Below are positions 58,259-64,000 of a DNA stretch of 64,000 nt, piece by piece. The stretch is taken from positions 64,001-128,000 of the IMG/VR virus record IMGVR_UViG_3300037333_000013; one strand, given 5' to 3'. The position numbers were made by a program, and so were the translations under genes. Every line of letters begins with the position of its first letter. Within the stretch, counting starts at the first letter, position 1. This DNA comes from a virus. The notes beneath the pieces were generated by a model. It saw only the letters and a list, made by a program, of their open reading frames with translations. It searched no databases and had not been told where the DNA came from.

Positions 58259-59456
58259 CAATTTTCCTTTTCTCTTTAATTTTCTCTTTAATTGTTTCAA
58301 TAGCGGTTGTTCTGTATACCAATGTTTTTTCTACATCAGTAATGTTCGTCTCTAACAAAGCTCTTTTTCTATTATCTATCTCTTTGTCAGTAAATCCTCG
58401 TTGTTTATAACATCGTTCAATGTCTTTCTCATCTGTATCTAGAAAGAATATGCTAGATTGTATGTTGATAGATTTACTAAACTCAATAGCTCGCTTCATA
58501 GATATAAATGATACGACAGAGAGAGCACCAGTAGGTTCTCCATATCCATAGATTGTATCTTCTGTTGACTCGAATGTATATGGTAAAGTCACACGCAACT
58601 TATCCATAACATCTTTCTCAACACACCACGTTGTATCATCGTCACTTCTCTTCTCTCTTGTGGAGAATACCTTTACTGGAATAGCATCCAGTTCATTCGA
58701 TAATGCGTTCTCTAGAGTTGTCTTACCACTGCACGATGCACCAACAAGTATGATGCAGTGCTTCTCACGATATGAGAACATGCGTGTATCAGTTTTTACC
58801 ATATTGATATGTCTATTTGATAAGAGTTCTCTAGCGATGTTCATATCTATCTCTTTTGTCGTTGTAATTGCTCCATTCGAAGCACCACGTATGAATCTTC
58901 TACAATAGTCTTCACTCCGTATATCTGACGAGTTGTACTTTGCTGTTGCCCACGCTGGAGGAATGGTGTGTACAATACCCATGATGACCATAGTGTTTAA
59001 GTATCTAAGAGAAGCTGTTAAGAACTCAACACCTCCACCCATTATCACTGTTGTATCATCTTCAAGAGTGATGAGTGTTGATAAGAGTGAGAGTCCTTCG
59101 TGTGTGAAGTCTGTATAGATGCGTTCGCATCTACTCCCTTTTATCTTCGTTACTTTCTTCGTTACACCAATATATGAGTCTTCAACTATCGTATAGTTAA
59201 CACTTGGAAGTTTACTTACTTGCTTCGTCGCTGTGATAACTGTAATGTTGTTTACGCATTCGTTAAATGCGACAGAACGCACAAGTGATTCGTCGTATGA
59301 CCCTATGACAAAGACAGACATACTCTGATAATTCTTCAACGCGTTCTCTATGTTGTCTAATCCCTTTACGAGTACTCTACAATTATCCCACTCCTCGAAC
59401 ATACTTGCTATGGTTATCCCATCTAGATTCTTTTCTACTATTACTATGTTTTTCAT
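58242..59456 (-). CDS. Fusion protein with C-terminal guanylate kinase-like P-loop domain
   Basis: GASCSGKT, STREKR..D, YGY, R...RG; promoter motif at 59508-59519. Confidence 0.6.
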   Translation of the reverse strand: MKNIVIVEKNLDGITIASMFEEWDNCRVLVKGLDNIENALKNYQSMSVFVIGSYDESLVRSVAFNECVNNITVITATKQVSKLPSVNYTIVEDSYIGVTKKVTKIKGSRCERIYTDFTHEGLSLLSTLITLEDDTTVIMGGGVEFLTASLRYLNTMVIMGIVHTIPPAWATAKYNSSDIRSEDYCRRFIRGASNGAITTTKEIDMNIARELLSNRHINMVKTDTRMFSYREKHCIILVGASCSGKTTLENALSNELDAIPVKVFSTREKRSDDDTTWCVEKDVMDKLRVTLPYTFESTEDTIYGYGEPTGALSVVSFISMKRAIEFSKSINIQSSIFFLDTDEKDIERCYKQRGFTDKEIDNRKRALLETNITDVEKTLVYRTTAIETIKEKIKEKRKIDERLL

Positions 59457-59535
59457 TTGGTTTCCTTATAAATTTAATTTACGATTAACTACAAGTTAGT
59501 AGCACAGTAATAATATATAGATAGAAAAAAATAGT

Positions 59536-59559
59536 AGTATGGTGCAGTTGCACCATACT
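59536..59559 (-). terminator. Intrinsic terminator
   Basis: agtatggtgc-agtt-gcaccatact followed by a T-tract. Confidence 0.7.
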
Positions 59560-59560
59560 C

Positions 59561-60448
59561 TTAAAATAGTTTGTCTACTTTATACTCACGCATCAAATTT
59601 AACATTTGATTATTGAACATATCCACTTTTAATGCGGATTTAAATGTTCCTACTGAGAATACGATGCCGGTCTTCTTATACAGTGGGTTATTTAAATATG
59701 TATAAACGATAGGTATGAGTGTGTATGGTGACTCTAAACCAATGAGTAACGGCAATCTATGTGTTCCAAACACGACACCACCGACAGCATCGTTTACTAC
59801 CTCTTGAGTCACACTTCGCAATGTCTTAGAACAATCTTCTATTCCCGAGAGTACTTCACATACCTTCGCAATAGAGTCCATATTGACACCATTGATATAC
59901 GTCTTCAAATCATTCTCGTGCAACTTCTCACCAATAGTATTCATTTGTGCTACACCGATACACGCATCAATTCTATCATAGTCCGTTACCATATTAGTAG
60001 CGTAGACAGCTAAGATGTTATTGAGTACGAGACTGTCTGATATAGATAAATTGAGAGCATTCTTCAATCTCCCACCAACGAGTATCTGAATGACTTTGAT
60101 GTAGAACTGTTTGAACATATCAATCTCATTATTGTCAACAAGTATTCCTGAAAGCAACGGTATGCCAAAAGATAGTCGTAAGTTAATAATCTCTTCTAAC
60201 TCAAACTTCTCAGTATTTTTTACGTAAGGTCTTAAGTCAATAATTGTCTTGTCATCTATCTTATAGGGGTAATGGAAAACAGGTAGTTCCTTTTCTATTA
60301 CATTTCTTCCAGTAATGATAGAGATACCTCTCTTTGGTCTCACACCATAGGTTAAGTCAGAACCAAGTAACTCTGACCTTAACATGTGTTCATCATACAT
60401 AATAAGAGAGCCAAGTGTAGTCTCTTGTGGTAATTTTATCATAATCAT
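59561..60448 (-). CDS. phiKZ-like virion structural protein divergent from terminase
   Basis: P.ETT, LPVFHYP...IDLRPY, IGLESPYT. Confidence 0.55.
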   Translation of the reverse strand: MIMIKLPQETTLGSLIMYDEHMLRSELLGSDLTYGVRPKRGISIITGRNVIEKELPVFHYPYKIDDKTIIDLRPYVKNTEKFELEEIINLRLSFGIPLLSGILVDNNEIDMFKQFYIKVIQILVGGRLKNALNLSISDSLVLNNILAVYATNMVTDYDRIDACIGVAQMNTIGEKLHENDLKTYINGVNMDSIAKVCEVLSGIEDCSKTLRSVTQEVVNDAVGGVVFGTHRLPLLIGLESPYTLIPIVYTYLNNPLYKKTGIVFSVGTFKSALKVDMFNNQMLNLMREYKVDKLF

Positions 60449-60506
60449 CCTTTTTATAATCTCATTAAAGCCAGAATCGACTTTATTGACATAGAAAAGG
60501 ATAATT

Positions 60507-62621
60507 ATGATTCTATTTAAAAAAGATTGGAAGAAGTATAAGGGTGCGATTGTTGACTATAAAACAACAAATATCGAAGCACTAAAGACGGCATTCATAT
60601 ATGAGAAGATGGGTGTGAAGAATTGGCAGTTTATACTCGCACTTCATAATCCAGAACTACAAGGTATTGACCCACTAGCAAATGACTTACCTAGACACAT
60701 TAGAGACATGATTCACGATGAGATGAGTGAGAATCCATGGTACTATTTTAGGGAAGTGGCTAGGGTCCCAGCAAAAGGTGCGATTGAACCAGTTAGGTTT
60801 AGACTCAACCGTGCCAATGTGGCACTCTATTGGTGTTACTTTAACCATAAGACAACACTGCTGATACAAGCTAGACAAACAGGAAAGTCACTCTCTACAA
60901 ACCAACTCTATGTATGGATAATAATGTTTGGTTCTGAGAATTATAGTATAGAACTCTTAACGAAAGATAACAAGCTACGTGTAGAGAACATTGATGTACT
61001 AAAGAAGATTATTGACTTATTACCATCGTGGATGAACTTCCGTTCCAAGAAAGACTCCAACAATAATGAATATATCAGCATTAATGCAAAACGCAATAGT
61101 TTTAACACAAACGTAGCACAGATGACAGAGACAGGTGCATTTAAAGTAGGTAGGGGTCTTACTGCACCAACAGTTGGGGTGGATGAGATTTGTTTTATCT
61201 CAAACCTTAGCATTACGTTATCTGCACTACTACCATCAATGGGTGCTGCGAGAGATTCAGCAAGAGATTCTGGACAACCATATGGTACTATGTTCTATAC
61301 GACAGCTGGTTTTCTAGACGACCCTGTTGGAGAATATGTTTACGATGAGATATACTCAAAGGCATACCCATTTAGAGAAGAACTCTTTGATTGCGAAGAT
61401 GTGAAAGCAGTTGATGATGTTGTTGGCAAAGTATCAAAAGCTGGTATTGCACTCATAGAGATGAACCACAGGAAATTAGGGTATACCGATGAATGGGTTA
61501 AAGATAAGATGGCAACAGCATTGGCTAAAGGAGAACGTGCCGCCGCAGACTACCTTTTGATATGGTCTAGGGGTAAAGTAACATCTGCACTAGATAAAAA
61601 TATTATTAAGAGGTTGGAGAACTCTATTCGTGACTCAGAGTCAAATGAGATAACCCCAGAGAACTTAACAATAGAGTGGTATATAAGCGACGAGAAACGC
61701 GACGAGTATCGCAATAAACCATTCGTGATTGGTCTAGATACATCGAGTGCATTTGGCGATGATGATATTGGTATGCATCTACGATGCCCACTATCAGGAG
61801 AAACGTTAGGGAAAGGGAAGTATAACAATATCTCACTCAGTACGTTTGGTGAGTTCATGTATAACTTTATGATGAAGTATAAGAAATCTATCTTAGTGAT
61901 AGAACGACACTCGTCAGCTATGGGCATATTAGACCACTTAGAGTCACTCTTCCGTGCATCCGGAGAAAATATCTTCAAACGTGTCTTTAACTGGGTAGTA
62001 GATGATTACAAAGCAAGGGAGAATGAATATAGAGAGCTACTATACGGCGATGGTCAACGCAATCCAGAAGTTTTCTACATTAAACATAGAAAGAAGTTTG
62101 GGTTTGTCACAGCTGGTGCAGGTAAATCATCTCGTAATATGCTTTACTCCGAAGTACTGATGGAGTCTATTAAGTATACTGGTGACTTAACACACGATAG
62201 GAACTTGGTATACCAAATGATTAAACTAGAAGTGAAAGATGGTAGAATTGACCACAAAAGTGGTGAACACGATGACCTCGTCTTTGCTTATATGTTGACG
62301 TACTGGTTCTTGACACGTGCGAAGAACTTAAAATATTATGGTATCAACCCAAACTTGGTATTAAGTAGCGTGGTGATTAAAGATGAAGAGATGATAGATG
62401 AACGTGCGGATATGCAAGATAGAGCAAAACGTAAAAAGCTCATTGATGAGATGGCTAGCATTCTAGACACTATGGAAGTGACTGGTGACAGGGTACTTGT
62501 TTACAAGTTAAATCATAGATTAAAGATTTTAAAGACGAAGCTAAAAGATTCGGATATCTTGAGTTTAAACATAGAGGAGAGAATCAGTGAGTTATCGAAA
62601 AGACATAAGGTTGGATTATGA
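60507..62621 (+). CDS. terL: Terminase large subunit
   Basis: NPWYYFRE, Walker A RQTGKS, Walker B VGVDE, TTAG, nuclease IGLDTS and HDD. Confidence 0.92.
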   Translation: MILFKKDWKKYKGAIVDYKTTNIEALKTAFIYEKMGVKNWQFILALHNPELQGIDPLANDLPRHIRDMIHDEMSENPWYYFREVARVPAKGAIEPVRFRLNRANVALYWCYFNHKTTLLIQARQTGKSLSTNQLYVWIIMFGSENYSIELLTKDNKLRVENIDVLKKIIDLLPSWMNFRSKKDSNNNEYISINAKRNSFNTNVAQMTETGAFKVGRGLTAPTVGVDEICFISNLSITLSALLPSMGAARDSARDSGQPYGTMFYTTAGFLDDPVGEYVYDEIYSKAYPFREELFDCEDVKAVDDVVGKVSKAGIALIEMNHRKLGYTDEWVKDKMATALAKGERAAADYLLIWSRGKVTSALDKNIIKRLENSIRDSESNEITPENLTIEWYISDEKRDEYRNKPFVIGLDTSSAFGDDDIGMHLRCPLSGETLGKGKYNNISLSTFGEFMYNFMMKYKKSILVIERHSSAMGILDHLESLFRASGENIFKRVFNWVVDDYKARENEYRELLYGDGQRNPEVFYIKHRKKFGFVTAGAGKSSRNMLYSEVLMESIKYTGDLTHDRNLVYQMIKLEVKDGRIDHKSGEHDDLVFAYMLTYWFLTRAKNLKYYGINPNLVLSSVVIKDEEMIDERADMQDRAKRKKLIDEMASILDTMEVTGDRVLVYKLNHRLKILKTKLKDSDILSLNIEERISELSKRHKVGL

Positions 62622-62944
62622 GAGCAAGTATAAATGAGATAGAAGTATACGTACAAGAAGGAGAACATGAAAAGACAGATTGGACGTTTTATGGAAAACT
62701 CAATGATGATGATGAGTATGAGAAGTACTTTGAGTCACTAGACAATGAGACATACTTATTGAATATCAGTATGTCTTTAAAAGATGAAGATGGTAACGAC
62801 ATTGACCCAGAGTTGATTACTTCTGGTAAACTTGTGGTTGCACTAACTATAAATGGTGAGAAAACACAAGACTTTGAATTTGAATGTACACAGCATACCG
62901 GATTCCCATATGAATTCCCACTCACATTTCCAATAGAGGAGTAG
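62618..62944 (+). CDS. Acidic hypothetical protein
   Basis: 108 aa coupled to terL. Confidence 0.55.
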   Translation: MRASINEIEVYVQEGEHEKTDWTFYGKLNDDDEYEKYFESLDNETYLLNISMSLKDEDGNDIDPELITSGKLVVALTINGEKTQDFEFECTQHTGFPYEFPLTFPIEE

Positions 62945-62947
62945 TAA

Positions 62948-64000
62948 ATGATTAAGACAGTAAATGTATCAGATATACCATTACCAGACGGTGTATCCAT
63001 AGAGAGTGCAGATTGGTATTATAGCACGAAAGCAGACTTCTCAGATGAGGCTCTTCCAACAGAAGAAGAGTCTGATGATATCTATGAGAAGACATTCGAA
63101 TATGACTTCTACGAGGACAGTATCTTATATGTAAAGGCAATTTTAAATGGCGGTGATGATAAAGAGTACCATACGAATATTATCGTTGTAACAAAGCATT
63201 ACAATAAGATGCTTGTGAATGGGATTGTCTATGCACCAATTGTTTCGTGTTCGCTTCGTGTAGATAGAGGTGGTGCAACACTAAACATTAACAGACCAAT
63301 ATTCTATTTCGACTCCTATGAACATACCAGTACAAGCTATCAAGTAGAAGATGCAAATGGGAACGTCGTTTATAGTAGAATGTATGATAAAGATAATCTA
63401 CTTGGAATTACTATACCAATACCTGAGGCATACAGACGTTCTACACTCGTATTCTCAGTGAGATATGAGTTCCAAGATACAATAGAAGATGTATGGGGTA
63501 GGTCTCTTAAAGTCTATGTAGATGATAGTATCGATGTATCTCTGGATAAACAGTTTGTCTATCGAGGTGAAGATAGTGTGTTAACTGTTCTGGCAAACGA
63601 TAATCATACAGGAAACTTGATTTATCATTTAGAAGATATGCGTGGTGTGAGACTCACAGATGATATGGAACTCTCTGATACACTATTTATTGGTGCGACG
63701 GATATTGCTGGCGTGAAGTTCTTTAACGTTTGTATAGAGGAAAAAGATGGTGTGGATAACGGTATTGTGAAGATAAAGATACAAGCAAAAGAGCCAAGAG
63801 CTATCTATGTAGATGAAATGATTAAGCCATCTGTTGTGGAAGTAACTGGGACGTCACCAGATACATTTAGTATCCGTGCCGTGAGAGAAAGTCATTTCTT
63901 GGATAAAAACAGTGATGACTATATTGATATCTACAAACAGTCTGATGATACTGTATCGTTGGTCTATGAGGATGTTCTCTACTTAGATAAATTCGACAAT
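62948..64000 (+). CDS. Partial virion structural protein with Ig-like repeats
   Basis: ATG 62948 after GAGGAG; ESADWYYSTKADF and EHTSTSYQV motifs; appears open to the window end. Confidence 0.55.
   Translation, partial: MIKTVNVSDIPLPDGVSIESADWYYSTKADFSDEALPTEEESDDIYEKTFEYDFYEDSILYVKAILNGGDDKEYHTNIIVVTKHYNKMLVNGIVYAPIVSCSLRVDRGGATLNINRPIFYFDSYEHTSTSYQVEDANGNVVYSRMYDKDNLLGITIPIPEAYRRSTLVFSVRYEFQDTIEDVWGRSLKVYVDDSIDVSLDKQFVYRGEDSVLTVLANDNHTGNLIYHLEDMRGVRLTDDMELSDTLFIGATDIAGVKFFNVCIEEKDGVDNGIVKIKIQAKEPRAIYVDEMIKPSVVEVTGTSPDTFSIRAVRESHFLDKNSDDYIDIYKQSDDTVSLVYEDVLYLDKFDN

Noticed and set aside
22973-62621. Introns or inteins in RNAP, DNA pol, NrdAB or TerL
   Set aside because: ORFs are uninterrupted and of ordinary length, with no intein or homing-endonuclease motifs
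1-64000. Genome-wide stop-codon reassignment, tRNAs, rRNA
   Set aside because: Code 11 gives dense full-length genes ending in TAA, TAG and TGA; no cloverleaf or rRNA pattern noticed by eye

Overview
This window is part of an AT-rich (roughly one-third GC by eye) nucleus-forming jumbo phage (phiKZ-like, Chimalliviridae). It encodes chimallin (ChmA), PhuZ tubulin, beta' fragments of the virion and non-virion multisubunit RNA polymerases, a split family B DNA polymerase, large terminase, head and baseplate proteins, NrdAB, dimeric dUTPase, RecJ, a C5 DNA methyltransferase and an SF2 helicase. Early genes sit in modular cassettes of hairpin terminator plus TATATTATT promoter. The most striking unexplained feature is a GC-richer early gene (49691-51412, minus strand) whose coding sequence is tiled almost back-to-back with distinct stem-loops. 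It has a ~330-nt structured leader and lies directly downstream of a Ski2/SUV3-like helicase gene. Other leads are a probable -1 frameshift tail chaperone (T6 run at 18916-18921), an apparently inactive early-operon paralog of the terminase ATPase domain, a D-x-E head-protease motif, an 800-bp non-coding hairpin/purine-rich island, and a tandem array of small acidic putative paralogs between PhuZ and ChmA. Family assignments come from motif recognition and recall, not database searches. No tRNA, rRNA or CRISPR array was seen.
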